Origin: Microcystis aeruginosa NIES-843 | GTDB taxonomy: Bacteria; Cyanobacteriota; Cyanobacteriia; Cyanobacteriales; Microcystaceae | Reading direction: 5' to 3' | Assembly (NCBI RefSeq): GCF_000010625.1 | Contig: NC_010296.1 | Span: forward strand, 5,040,001-5,072,000 | DNA length: 32,000 nucleotides | In this document: piece by piece, positions 15,068 through 23,690 of the stretch | Layout: each line of letters starts with the position of its first letter | Position numbering within the stretch: position 1 is the first letter of the stretch | The notes under the pieces: model-generated | What the model was told of the DNA's origin: nothing | The model's input: only the letters and a program-made list of their open reading frames with translations | Databases searched by the model: none | Position numbers and translations under genes: made by a program

Positions 15068-16354
15068 ATGCTAGTCGTAGAAGCCAAGTTAAAAAACGGG
15101 ACACCAGAACAATACCAAAGACTAGATGAAGCAATTAGGACATCTCAGTTTGTGCGTAACTCTTGTGTTCGTTATTGGCGGTCCAATCAAGGGACAACCC
15201 GCAATGATCTCCAAAAACTTTGCTCGGTACTAGCTAACAATAAAGAGACACCTTGGGTTAATAAGCTTAACTCCCAAGCTCGTCAATCGGCTGCTGATAG
15301 AGCCTGGCAATCAATTAGTCGGTTTTACCAGAATTGTCATGCTAAGATACTTGGGAAAAAGGGTTTTCCTCGGTTCAAGAAGCATAGTCGTTCGGTTGAG
15401 TATAAACTAACAGGCTACCAACTATCTGAGGATCGACGTAAAATCAGATTTACTGAAGGTTTTAAAGCAGGAGAATTTGATTTATGGTGTAGTCAAAAGA
15501 CATTAGTTTATTATTCAGAGCAACAGATTAAACGGGTAAGAGTTGTTAGACGTGCTGATGGTTATTATTGTCAGTTTTTGATTGACGTAGAACGGCAAGA
15601 ATACCATAAACCGACGGGACAAATAACAGGAATTGACTTAGGGTTAAAGGAATTTTATACCGATGCCCAAGGCAATACTGTAGAGAATCCACGTTATTTA
15701 AGAAAGTCAGAAAAACGACTGAAAAAAGCACAAAGGAGATTATCAAAACAATTTCGCAAAGGAAAGAAACAGTCTAACAACTATCACAAGCAACGGATAA
15801 AAGTAGCTAGGCTTCATCTTAAAGTATCAAGACAACGTAAAGACAAAGCAATTAAAGACGCTTTGGCGTTAGTCCAGTCTAATGATCTGGTAGTCTATGA
15901 AGCTTTAAAGGTAAGAAACTTAGTCAAAAATCGTCAGCTGTCTAAGTCGATTAGTGATGCTTCTTGGTATCAATTCACTGAATGGTTTGAATTTTTTGCC
16001 AAGATTTATCGGATTGTTTGTGTTGCTGTTCCTCCTCATTTCACTAGCCAAGATTGTTCAGTTTGTGGGACGAGAGTTCAAAAATCATTAAGCACTAGAA
16101 CTCATCAATGTCCTAACTGTAAAACAATCTTAGATAGGGATCATAATGCAGCAATCAACATTCTTAAAAAAGGGTTAAAATATTTGGGAAATCATCTCAA
16201 CGGTACTGTTGGGCAAACAGAAACCGACCCAAACGCCTTGGGAGAGTCCGGCCTCTGGATTCTTAATGGAGACATTGAGAATCTAAGCTGTCTCGTTGAA
16301 CAAGGAATTTCCGATAGTGATAGGTCAAGAATCCCCCGTCACAGCGTAGCTTGA
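15068..16354 (+). CDS. tnpB: TnpB (IS200/IS605-family OrfB, RuvC-like RNA-guided nuclease); no tnpA partner nearby
   Basis: RuvC triad candidates are ITGIDLGLKE (Asp), LVVYEALKV (Glu) and LDRDHNAAINI (Asp). A zinc ribbon CSVCG...CPNC is present. The N-terminal QYQRLDEAIRTSQFVRNSCVRYW is typical of cyanobacterial TnpB. A TATAAT box lies at about 15042 upstream. Confidence 0.9.
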   Translation: MLVVEAKLKNGTPEQYQRLDEAIRTSQFVRNSCVRYWRSNQGTTRNDLQKLCSVLANNKETPWVNKLNSQARQSAADRAWQSISRFYQNCHAKILGKKGFPRFKKHSRSVEYKLTGYQLSEDRRKIRFTEGFKAGEFDLWCSQKTLVYYSEQQIKRVRVVRRADGYYCQFLIDVERQEYHKPTGQITGIDLGLKEFYTDAQGNTVENPRYLRKSEKRLKKAQRRLSKQFRKGKKQSNNYHKQRIKVARLHLKVSRQRKDKAIKDALALVQSNDLVVYEALKVRNLVKNRQLSKSISDASWYQFTEWFEFFAKIYRIVCVAVPPHFTSQDCSVCGTRVQKSLSTRTHQCPNCKTILDRDHNAAINILKKGLKYLGNHLNGTVGQTETDPNALGESGLWILNGDIENLSCLVEQGISDSDRSRIPRHSVA

Positions 16355-16385
16355 CGGTGGGAGTATGTCAATTGCTATAAAGTAG
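16150..16385 (+). ncRNA. Predicted omega/right-end RNA scaffold of the TnpB element (overlaps the tnpB 3' end and extends past the stop)
   Basis: Inferred from the known IS200/IS605 TnpB architecture. A hairpin CCCCCGTCA-N10-TGACGGTGGG spans the stop codon (about 16331-16359). The boundaries are guesses. Confidence 0.35.
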
Positions 16386-16418
16386 GTTTATTGAAGAAGT
16401 GGAGGGAATCATCATCCT

Positions 16419-18272
16419 ATGGCGATAATGACAAAATCATTTAGACAAAGACTGGCAGAGATTTTCGGGTTTGACCTGCGATCGCTGGCTTTATTTCGCA
16501 TTGCCTTGGCGTTAGTGGTTTTAGTAGATTTATCGGTTCGTTTTAGCCAAGTAACTGCCCATTACAGCGGATTGGGGGTTTTACCCCTAGGAAGCTTATC
16601 GAAAGTCTCTGCTAGTCCTTTTTACTGGTCTATTTTTGCTCTCAGTGACTCGGTGCTGGTGCAGAGTATCCTGTTTATTGTCGCTATAGCGATCGCATTA
16701 TTGCTTTTAATTGGCTATCATACCCGTTTAGCCACGATCGCCACTTGGGCGCTAATCGTCTCTTTACATCATCGCAACCCCCTGTTACTATTTGCCGCCG
16801 ATGACGTAATCCGGGCAGTATTATTCTGGGCGATGTTTTTACCCCTTGGTGCCTGTTATTCCGTGGAAAGTGCCTTAAACACCAATCCCAACCCCTTACC
16901 CAAGCGTGTGGTTTCGGCTGCCACGGTCGCTTTTATGATACAGGTGTGTTACATCTATATGTGGTCAGTGGTCTTTAAACTCAAAAGTGAGACTTGGTGG
17001 CCCGACGGTACGGCCGTTTATTACTCTCTTAGTTACGATCAATACGCTACCGCTTTGGGGAGTTTTTTACTGACTTTACCGCAGCAATTCCTCAAATTTC
17101 TAACAATTTCAGCCCTAGGCTTTGAATGGTTCGGTCCGCTATTGATGTTTGTTCCCTTTCGCAATAGTTTATTTAAAATAATCGCCGTAGTTTCCTTTAT
17201 TTTCTTGCATACGGTTTTTGCACTGATTCTACATTTAGGGGTTTTCCCTTTCTTGAGTGTTACCTATTGGTTGCCGATTATCCCTAGCTTAGTCTGGGAT
17301 TGGGGACAAAAACGGATAATAAACCCAGAAAGAGAAGGTTTAAGGATTAATTATGATCGAGATTGTGGATTTTGCAAAAAAGTTGTTCATCTTCTCCGCA
17401 CGTTTCTCATTTTACCCGGCACTCCCCTGTTAGTCGCTCAGGATAACCCCTCAATATACGAGGATATGGTGGCCCAAAATTCTTGGGTGGTGGAAGATTG
17501 GCAGGGAAAACGTCAGTTTAAATGGTCAGCAGTGGTTTATATTGTCAGTCTTTCGCCAATTTTCTGGTTTTTAGCGCCAATTTTGCGTTTACCGCCCCTT
17601 ATGGCCGTGGGAACGAGAATTTATGAGTGGATTGCCTCCCATCGTCGTTTTATGGGCAATTTCACCAAACCTCTCAAGTTTCGTCCCCTGACGATTAAAT
17701 CCTCTTTACCTTTAAATATTTTGGTAATTTTCTTCTTATTGTTGACCAGTATCTGGAATTTACGCAGTTTTGTCCGGCAATCGGCCATTAGAGGCGATTT
17801 AAATACACCTTTAATTCAGTCCCTCGATCGCTTGCTCACCCGTCGTACTTTCAATACAATTGATATTCTGGCAAGAATAACTCGTTTAGACCAGTATTGG
17901 ACTATTTTCTCCCCTAGTCCGCCCCGGGATGATGCTTGGTTTGTGGCAGTAAGTCAATTAGCCGATGGTTCCACGGTAGATATATTTAGAGAAGGACAGC
18001 CAGTAATTTGGGATAAACCCACCGAAAGCGATCGCAATCGTTTGTATAAAACCATGCAGTGGCGAGTATATTTTATTAATCTTAATCGAGCTATCGGTCG
18101 GTCAGTTTATGGAGAGTTTGGTCAGTATCTCTGTCAAAACTGGAATCAGCAGCACGGTAGGGATCAACAGATTAAATCCCTGCAACTTTATATCATGCGG
18201 GAAAGGACTGTCCCCCCCGGAGAAAAACAGGGAATCGAAAAAGAACTACTCTGGCAGCAAAACTGTCTTTAA
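16419..18272 (+). CDS. HTTM (vitamin-K-carboxylase-like transmembrane) domain fused to a DCC/DUF393 thiol-disulfide oxidoreductase-like module and a C-terminal domain
   Basis: FGFDLRSLALFRIALALVVLVDL plus multiple TM segments form the HTTM signature. INYDRDCGFCKKVVHLLRTF is the DCC-family CxxC motif. The C-terminal ~200 aa are unassigned. Confidence 0.75.
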   Translation: MAIMTKSFRQRLAEIFGFDLRSLALFRIALALVVLVDLSVRFSQVTAHYSGLGVLPLGSLSKVSASPFYWSIFALSDSVLVQSILFIVAIAIALLLLIGYHTRLATIATWALIVSLHHRNPLLLFAADDVIRAVLFWAMFLPLGACYSVESALNTNPNPLPKRVVSAATVAFMIQVCYIYMWSVVFKLKSETWWPDGTAVYYSLSYDQYATALGSFLLTLPQQFLKFLTISALGFEWFGPLLMFVPFRNSLFKIIAVVSFIFLHTVFALILHLGVFPFLSVTYWLPIIPSLVWDWGQKRIINPEREGLRINYDRDCGFCKKVVHLLRTFLILPGTPLLVAQDNPSIYEDMVAQNSWVVEDWQGKRQFKWSAVVYIVSLSPIFWFLAPILRLPPLMAVGTRIYEWIASHRRFMGNFTKPLKFRPLTIKSSLPLNILVIFFLLLTSIWNLRSFVRQSAIRGDLNTPLIQSLDRLLTRRTFNTIDILARITRLDQYWTIFSPSPPRDDAWFVAVSQLADGSTVDIFREGQPVIWDKPTESDRNRLYKTMQWRVYFINLNRAIGRSVYGEFGQYLCQNWNQQHGRDQQIKSLQLYIMRERTVPPGEKQGIEKELLWQQNCL

Positions 18273-18321
18273 TCAGTTATCAGTTATCAGTCATCAGTCA
18301 TCAGTTATCAGTTATCAGTCA
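18273..18321. repeat. Heptanucleotide microsatellite, 7 units of TCAGT(T/C)A
   Basis: TCAGTTA x2, TCAGTCA x2, TCAGTTA x2, TCAGTCA. It begins immediately after the HTTM gene stop codon. Confidence 0.95.
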
Positions 18322-18431
18322 GATCAAAGTTATCTTGTCATGTTTGTCAGAAAAATGGCTAATTAATGAAACAACAAATAACTAAAATCTGATTGCTTCT
18401 TTTTCCCTTTCAAACTAACTACCGCTAAACC

Positions 18432-18773
18432 TTAAACATCGCTAGAACCGCTCTGGAGAGTAGCGAGGGATTTTTCAAAATTCATTCTCTGTTCAGCATT
18501 GCGGAGAAAGTAACCACTCATCATTGCTGAGGCCAATAACCGGCCCAGATGTTCGCGACTGGTACTGATAGTGACCCCGAAATGTTCCGAAGGAAGGTTG
18601 CCCAAAAGTCCGATAATGTTGCGTTCCATCACTTGGAAAACCTCTTGGGACTCCGGTTTCGAGAGTTGGGCGATTGTTTCTGGACTTAAGGTCTGGACAT
18701 ACTGCCACAAACTCTCGGAAAATTCACTATCGGTACCGAATAAATTGTGAGGGCGATCGTTTTCTCTATACAC
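18432..18773 (-). CDS. DUF760-family protein (conserved in cyanobacteria and plastid lineages)
   Basis: LWQYVQTLSPETIAQLSKPESQEVFQVMERNIIGLLGNLPSEHFGVTISTSREHLGRLLASAMMSGYFLRNAEQR matches my recollection of the DUF760 consensus. Confidence 0.75.
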   Translation of the reverse strand: MYRENDRPHNLFGTDSEFSESLWQYVQTLSPETIAQLSKPESQEVFQVMERNIIGLLGNLPSEHFGVTISTSREHLGRLLASAMMSGYFLRNAEQRMNFEKSLATLQSGSSDV

Positions 18774-19039
18774 CTTTGATCTCCTTAACTCAATTTTTTT
18801 AAATTATCCTTTTGGTTCTTCCAATTGGGAGCATCTCACCTTTGTAACCCCTAAATCAGGTTTTATGTCAAGCTATTTTGAAAGCCTTGCTAGAAACCAG
18901 TTTTAGGGACAAGTATAATTACTCACTTGCATAAATGAGACGCTCCCTTCCAATTTAACAGTTTTTTGAGATAGTGGGGGTCGGTAGAACCGAACCTGAA
19001 GGTGATGGTAATCCCAAGCAGAAAATCCATCTCTGGCAA

Positions 19040-19066
19040 AAATCAAAAACTGCTCCGAGAAGCAGA
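19040..19066 (-). terminator. Probable intrinsic terminator downstream of guaB3
   Basis: The minus-strand RNA reads CUGCUUCUCGGAGCAG (stem CUGCU/AGCAG), followed by UUUUUGAUUUUUG. Confidence 0.5.
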
Positions 19067-19093
19067 TAACCGATCACTGTTCACCGATAACTT

Positions 19094-20257
19094 TTATTTA
19101 CCCATACCTAACTGCTGGGCCTTTTGATAGACTTTACCCTCCGTCAGCAGCGAGGGGGCAATCACCACTTCCACCTGTTGCATTTCCTTTAAGTTCTTAG
19201 CACCCAAAGTTCCCATACTGGTTTTCAGCGCCCCCAAGAGGTTATGAGTACCATCATCTAATTTTGCCGGTCCTACGAGGATTTCGGCAATAGTTCCCGT
19301 ACTGCCCACACTAATTCGGGTCCCCCGGGGTAGAACTGGGCTAGGTGTGGCCATACCCCAGTGAAAACCGCGGCCAGGGGCCTCCACGGACCGGGCAATG
19401 GGAGAACCAATCATCACCGCATCGGCCCCACAGGCGATACATTTGCAGATATCACCGCCGGTAATAATGCCGCCATCGGCAATAACGGGGACGTATTTAC
19501 CAGTTTCCTGGAAAAAATCGTCCCTAGCGGCGGCACAATCGGCCACAGCAGTGGCTTGGGGAACTCCCACTCCTAAAACGCCGCGAGAAGTACAGGCAGC
19601 CCCGGGACCGATACCGACTAAAACCCCGGCTGCCCCAGTTTTCATCAGGTTAAGGGCGACTTCGTAGGTGACGCAGTTGCCCAAAACCACGGGAATGGGC
19701 ATTTCTTGGCACAGTTGCACTAAATCGAGGGGGGTGATAGCTTCCGGGGATAAATGGGCAGTGGAAACAACCGTTGCTTGGACAAAGAGAATATCGGCCG
19801 CTGCTTGGGCGACGATAGCACCGTATTTGACGGCACCGGCAGGGGTGAGGCTAACTGCCGCAATACCGCCTTTTTCTTGAATTTCTTGGATACGAAGCTC
19901 GATTAGTTGCGGTTTAATCGGTTCTGCGTAGAGTTCCTGCATTAAACCGACGAATTCTGCTTTGCCGACTGCGGTAATGCGATCGAGAATCGGGTTAGGA
20001 TCCTCGTAACGGGTTTGAATTCCTTCGAGGTTTAGTACCCCTAGCGCCCCCAACTCGGAGAGGAGGACGGCCATTTTAGTATCCACCACCCCATCCATAG
20101 CGCTGGCGATAATCGGGATTTCCCGCTCGATATTGCCGAGAGACCAACGGGTATCGGCTAAACTAGGATCGAGGGTTCGCACTCCGGGTACAAGTGCGAT
20201 TTCATCGATACCGTAAGCTCTACGGGCTGTTTTGCCCCGACCAATAATTGTATCCAC
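19094..20257 (-). CDS. guaB3: GuaB3-type IMP dehydrogenase-related protein (IMPDH/GMPR family TIM barrel without CBS insert)
   Basis: [25 protein letters not shown]..., [37 protein letters not shown] and a length of 387 aa are characteristic. This is the GC-richest gene of the window by eye. Confidence 0.85.
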   Translation of the reverse strand: MDTIIGRGKTARRAYGIDEIALVPGVRTLDPSLADTRWSLGNIEREIPIIASAMDGVVDTKMAVLLSELGALGVLNLEGIQTRYEDPNPILDRITAVGKAEFVGLMQELYAEPIKPQLIELRIQEIQEKGGIAAVSLTPAGAVKYGAIVAQAAADILFVQATVVSTAHLSPEAITPLDLVQLCQEMPIPVVLGNCVTYEVALNLMKTGAAGVLVGIGPGAACTSRGVLGVGVPQATAVADCAAARDDFFQETGKYVPVIADGGIITGGDICKCIACGADAVMIGSPIARSVEAPGRGFHWGMATPSPVLPRGTRISVGSTGTIAEILVGPAKLDDGTHNLLGALKTSMGTLGAKNLKEMQQVEVVIAPSLLTEGKVYQKAQQLGMGK

Positions 20258-20339
20258 GTTTCTATACTATTTCAGACCTATTTAGCCTAGACTAGCAAAT
20301 TTCGCACCATCTCGAAAAGCTTTTCAGTATTATGGCAGA

Positions 20340-20576
20340 CTAGGCCCTGGGAAAATAATCACCGCAGTCGATCGCCTGTTCGGTGTTGGCGCTCCGGGGT
20401 TGTACACTACATTTGAGGCGATAATCGTTGGTAAAGTAGCGACAGTGGGAGCAAGGGATGGAGTGCATCCGTCGGGCAACTTGCCAACTATCGCGCACGG
20501 CACTGGCTAAAGACCAGCAAACTAAAGCGATAATGGCAGCGGCGATTGAAAAACGTAAAATAATCCAGATTTCCAT
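20340..20576 (-). CDS. Small membrane protein with a Cys-rich cytoplasmic tail (hypothetical)
   Basis: One N-terminal TM segment (IWIILRFSIAAAIIALVCWSLA), then CSHCRYF...KC...DCGDYF. Confidence 0.45.
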   Translation of the reverse strand: MEIWIILRFSIAAAIIALVCWSLASAVRDSWQVARRMHSIPCSHCRYFTNDYRLKCSVQPRSANTEQAIDCGDYFPRA

Positions 20577-20666
20577 GGCGAGCGACTAAAATTACCTGAT
20601 GTGGAGGGGAATCAACCGAGGCAATTGGCAGAGGTTTAGATACTGAACAGTTTACTGACATCCAGA

Positions 20667-21356
20667 CTAACCGTTAGCAATCACCAGACTTTTAAGAACA
20701 TTTTCGGTCATGGCCGCTATTTGATCCAATTGTTCCTGATGGCGTTTTGCCTGTTTTTTGGCTTCTACCTTGCGTTTCAGGGCTTCCCGGGCTAAATCAT
20801 CGCGATTTCTGCTTAAAGCTTCGATCGCTACTCGATTCCATGTTTCTGCTTCTTGAATGGCTTTTTTATACTGGGGTTGAATTTCATCCCAACTGACCTT
20901 AAGATTGCTTAAAGCCCCTTTTAACAGGGTTTGGGCATTGTTGGGGTCGGCTCCGATGAGGGATTTTTTCAGAGGTTCGTAGAGTCCCACCGCTTGTAAA
21001 TGGGTAATAATCGGGATAAATTCTTCTATCTGTTGACTTTTGCTAATACCGGTTTTACACCAAGTGGCAAAATGTTCGCAGTTGTTAAAAAGAAGATTAT
21101 ATTTCTGTTCCCCCAGACGACTTAGCGCCCTTTCTACCACCACATCGGGGATAAAGGAAAATCCCACCTCTACATGGCGCACCACATAGATTTTACCGCC
21201 CCTAGCAAAGGTTTCTAGGGAAGTTCGTTCGACAATCTCGCTCGGTTTTCGGTAATGAATGACGCTACCATCACCGCAATCGATGCCATGATGGGCATAA
21301 ACACCCTGAAGATTGAGCAATTCCCGATAGGCGTATATTTGATCCCCTCTAGCCAT
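20667..21356 (-). CDS. LRAT/NlpC-P60-superfamily (NC domain) protein with a C-terminal PspA/IM30-like helical segment
   Basis: GDQIYAYR...YAHHGIDCGDGSVIHY (His box) and LLFNNCEHFATWCKTG (NCEHF catalytic Cys) are present. The C-terminal WNRVAIEALSRNRDDLAREALKRKVEAKKQAK resembles the PspA N-terminal helices. Confidence 0.75.
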   Translation of the reverse strand: MARGDQIYAYRELLNLQGVYAHHGIDCGDGSVIHYRKPSEIVERTSLETFARGGKIYVVRHVEVGFSFIPDVVVERALSRLGEQKYNLLFNNCEHFATWCKTGISKSQQIEEFIPIITHLQAVGLYEPLKKSLIGADPNNAQTLLKGALSNLKVSWDEIQPQYKKAIQEAETWNRVAIEALSRNRDDLAREALKRKVEAKKQAKRHQEQLDQIAAMTENVLKSLVIANG

Positions 21357-21465
21357 ATTTTTTTAGTGATAAAGTAAACAAGAAGATTATCTATTGAGCC
21401 AGTTTTTCCGGTTATTAATAAGCCATTCAGATTTGGCTATTTTGGTTTTCGTGTTTTACTTTTTG

Positions 21466-21747
21466 TTATGAATTAAAGCCAGCAAATAGCTTAAGTCGAA
21501 GATGTTCAAGATTGCTGCATCCATAACTTATTTTTTTAATAGGCTTTATTTTTGTATTCATGCCCTCAGTTAATCCATTGGTTGTATAATTTTCACAGTA
21601 ATTACCTAACCGTTGACTCTGTGGAAGGACTCTGCTGGGGCAGCGGGGAAGGAGAATCACTAACCCTCCTAGAGGCGCGATTCCTGATTTTGAAAATATG
21701 CGCTGCCGCTTTTTAGCCAGCCTTTCGCCATAATTTTTGATTATCAT
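21466..21747 (-). pseudogene. ISL3-family transposase C-terminal remnant
   Basis: NGLTEGMNTKIKPIKKISYGCSNLEHLRLKLF matches the ISL3 C-terminal N-G-x-x-E-G-x-N-x-K-I-K...Y-G motif. Only about the last 50 codons look homologous, and there is no DDE core. Confidence 0.65.
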
Positions 21748-21778
21748 CCTTGATCCAGAAGAGCCTTTTCTTATTTTA

Positions 21779-22660
21779 CTAAAGAATGCTTAACAGAGAA
21801 ACACCAGCCAGTATAATAATACAACCAAATAGTCTTTGTTTGATATTTTTTTCATGAAATAAAAAATAGCCATACCCCACACTCATCAATAAACTGCTTT
21901 GTTTCACCGCCACTGAATTCGCCGCCACCGTAGAGGCGATCGCCATAACATGACACCACATATCAACAGCTTTTAAGCCACCTAATAAGATTAATTTAGC
22001 GAGATTAGCCCTTAATTTAGAAAACCAATTAGGTGAACAAACTATCACGATGGGAAATGACATTAAGGCTGTACAAAAATAAAGGGAAGCCGAGAAAAAT
22101 AAAGGGGATGAATTTTTTGCGCCAATTTTATCAAAAGATGTGGTCAAAGCCCACAAAAAAGCCACTATTATCATCAATCGAGAAGGCTGGTTAGTGATTA
22201 AGGATTTCAACGGTGCAAGATAATTTTTTTCTCTAGGATTCAAGTTTAAACAATACGCCCCTAAGCAGACTAATAAAATACCTAAAAACTGTGCTTTTGA
22301 AGGAAATTCATGTAAAAGCACAGGTGAAGCCATCACTAAAAATAGAGGTGAAAACCCCATTAAAGGGACAGTTAGGGATAGATCACCATAACGCAACGCT
22401 CTCATATACAAAATGCCACCAATAGTTGATAGAGTCGCATCCGCTAATAAAGCCCACCAAAAATCTTGCCCAATGGTAGGAATGGGATGGGGTGACAACA
22501 ACAGCCAAGGTAGATAAATGATAAGAGTAAATGCCCTTAATGACCATGCCACGAGATATTCGTCTAAAGGTTGATTTCCTTTATTGGTAATAATTTTGCT
22601 AAAAACATCTCGGAGAGATTCAAAAAATGCGGCCGCAAAAGAGAAGTATAACCAAGACAT
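21779..22660 (-). CDS. EamA/DMT-superfamily transporter
   Basis: 293 aa with about 10 hydrophobic segments in a two-fold repeat layout typical of EamA. Confidence 0.7.
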   Translation of the reverse strand: MSWLYFSFAAAFFESLRDVFSKIITNKGNQPLDEYLVAWSLRAFTLIIYLPWLLLSPHPIPTIGQDFWWALLADATLSTIGGILYMRALRYGDLSLTVPLMGFSPLFLVMASPVLLHEFPSKAQFLGILLVCLGAYCLNLNPREKNYLAPLKSLITNQPSRLMIIVAFLWALTTSFDKIGAKNSSPLFFSASLYFCTALMSFPIVIVCSPNWFSKLRANLAKLILLGGLKAVDMWCHVMAIASTVAANSVAVKQSSLLMSVGYGYFLFHEKNIKQRLFGCIIILAGVSLLSIL

Positions 22661-22683
22661 AGAGTTAAAGCCTAAATTTTTAC

Positions 22684-22723
22684 AGAAAAAACAGGGGTCA
22701 ATTTTTCTATAGTGACCCCTGTT
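22684..22723 (-). terminator. Intrinsic terminator ending the 22785-23477 transcription unit
   Basis: The minus-strand RNA reads AACAGGGGUCA-N12-UGACCCCUGUU, a perfect 11-bp stem, followed directly by UUUUUCUG. Confidence 0.75.
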
Positions 22724-22784
22724 AATGTTATTACAAGAATATCAAAAAGGTCCTTGGGTTTATGCTGTTCAAGAAAGAACCTTG

Positions 22785-23477
22785 CTAGTGGTTAATACAG
22801 TGGCGACAATGACGGACACAATGACTACAATCATTATGGATGTAACAAGCTGTTGCACCTTTTACAGGATTATTTGGCTCAAATGTCCATAAAGTCTGAG
22901 TTAATTTGTCCGGGTCAATGCTTGCTTGGACAGTGGCGGAACAAGTTAGTGTACGGGCTGCGTCATCTGTTGTTTCAACGATGATTTCTCCTTCAGCTAG
23001 TTTGATTAAACCCCGGTGAATAATGGCGATACCGAAAATATCCGCCAATCCCAATTCTGATAATTTGGTAGCCATTTCAGCTAAAAATTCATGATTAGAA
23101 GTTACCGATTCAGCCGCCTCTTTAATATTGTGAGTCTCATGATTAACTCGGGCAAATTCGAGGGGAAAGTAGTTCCATGTTCCTGATTGTTGAGCGGCTT
23201 CGACTTTCCATAAGTAGGCGGTCACGTCTGAACAATCGGCCTCAATCCGAGGCTGAATAAGAAACTGATTATCAACAAAGTCCTCGACCAAACGCTCCTG
23301 CGGATCGAGGTCAAAGTGTTTGTGGAGTAACGATACACCTACGTCTTGATGTAAATTATAGGCACAGATTACGTCTCCAAGTTCCAGTAGATGGTCTTGG
23401 CGTTTTTCCAACTGTTCTCGGGCGATGGAGAATTCATTGAGTTGGTTAAAAATGTTGGGGTTATATGTAGTTCTCAT
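22785..23477 (-). CDS. Hypothetical protein with a C-terminal Cys/His cluster
   Basis: 230 aa; no family recognised. The tail is GATACYIHNDCSHCVRHCRHCINH (6 Cys and 5 His in the last 21 residues). It lies downstream of, and on the same strand as, the two NTPase genes. Confidence 0.55.
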   Translation of the reverse strand: MRTTYNPNIFNQLNEFSIAREQLEKRQDHLLELGDVICAYNLHQDVGVSLLHKHFDLDPQERLVEDFVDNQFLIQPRIEADCSDVTAYLWKVEAAQQSGTWNYFPLEFARVNHETHNIKEAAESVTSNHEFLAEMATKLSELGLADIFGIAIIHRGLIKLAEGEIIVETTDDAARTLTCSATVQASIDPDKLTQTLWTFEPNNPVKGATACYIHNDCSHCVRHCRHCINH

Positions 23478-23690
23478 GGTTACTTTTTCATTCCAAACTA
23501 AGTGGGTTGACGAAGATGTTGTCTGAGATGATTACAGTGTAGGGGTGATTCTTATGAAAATAGCTGTTGATGGATTTATTTTTTTAAGAAATGTTCAGTT
23601 ATCGAAAGTTTGGGAAAAAAGTTGATAATTCAGGCCGTGAAAAGGAGGAGCGTGAATTTTTTTTCAAGGTATGGCTGAGAACATCGGCAG

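Noticed and set aside
18109-18366. 85-aa ORF running out of the HTTM gene 3' end through the heptamer array
   Set aside because: It overlaps the HTTM CDS in another frame and then translates the microsatellite (QLSVISHQSSVISYQS), so it is an artefact.
18820-18958. Imperfect inverted repeat (AATTGGGAGCATCTC ... GAGACGCTCCCTTCCAATT) upstream of the DUF760 gene
   Set aside because: The arms are imperfect with an indel and there is no second line of evidence. It could be an operator or a chance match, so it is not reported as a feature.
19361-19880. Three plus-strand ORFs antisense to guaB3
   Set aside because: These are typical antisense open frames in a GC-rich, strongly conserved gene. Their translations are Pro/Ala/Gly-rich nonsense.
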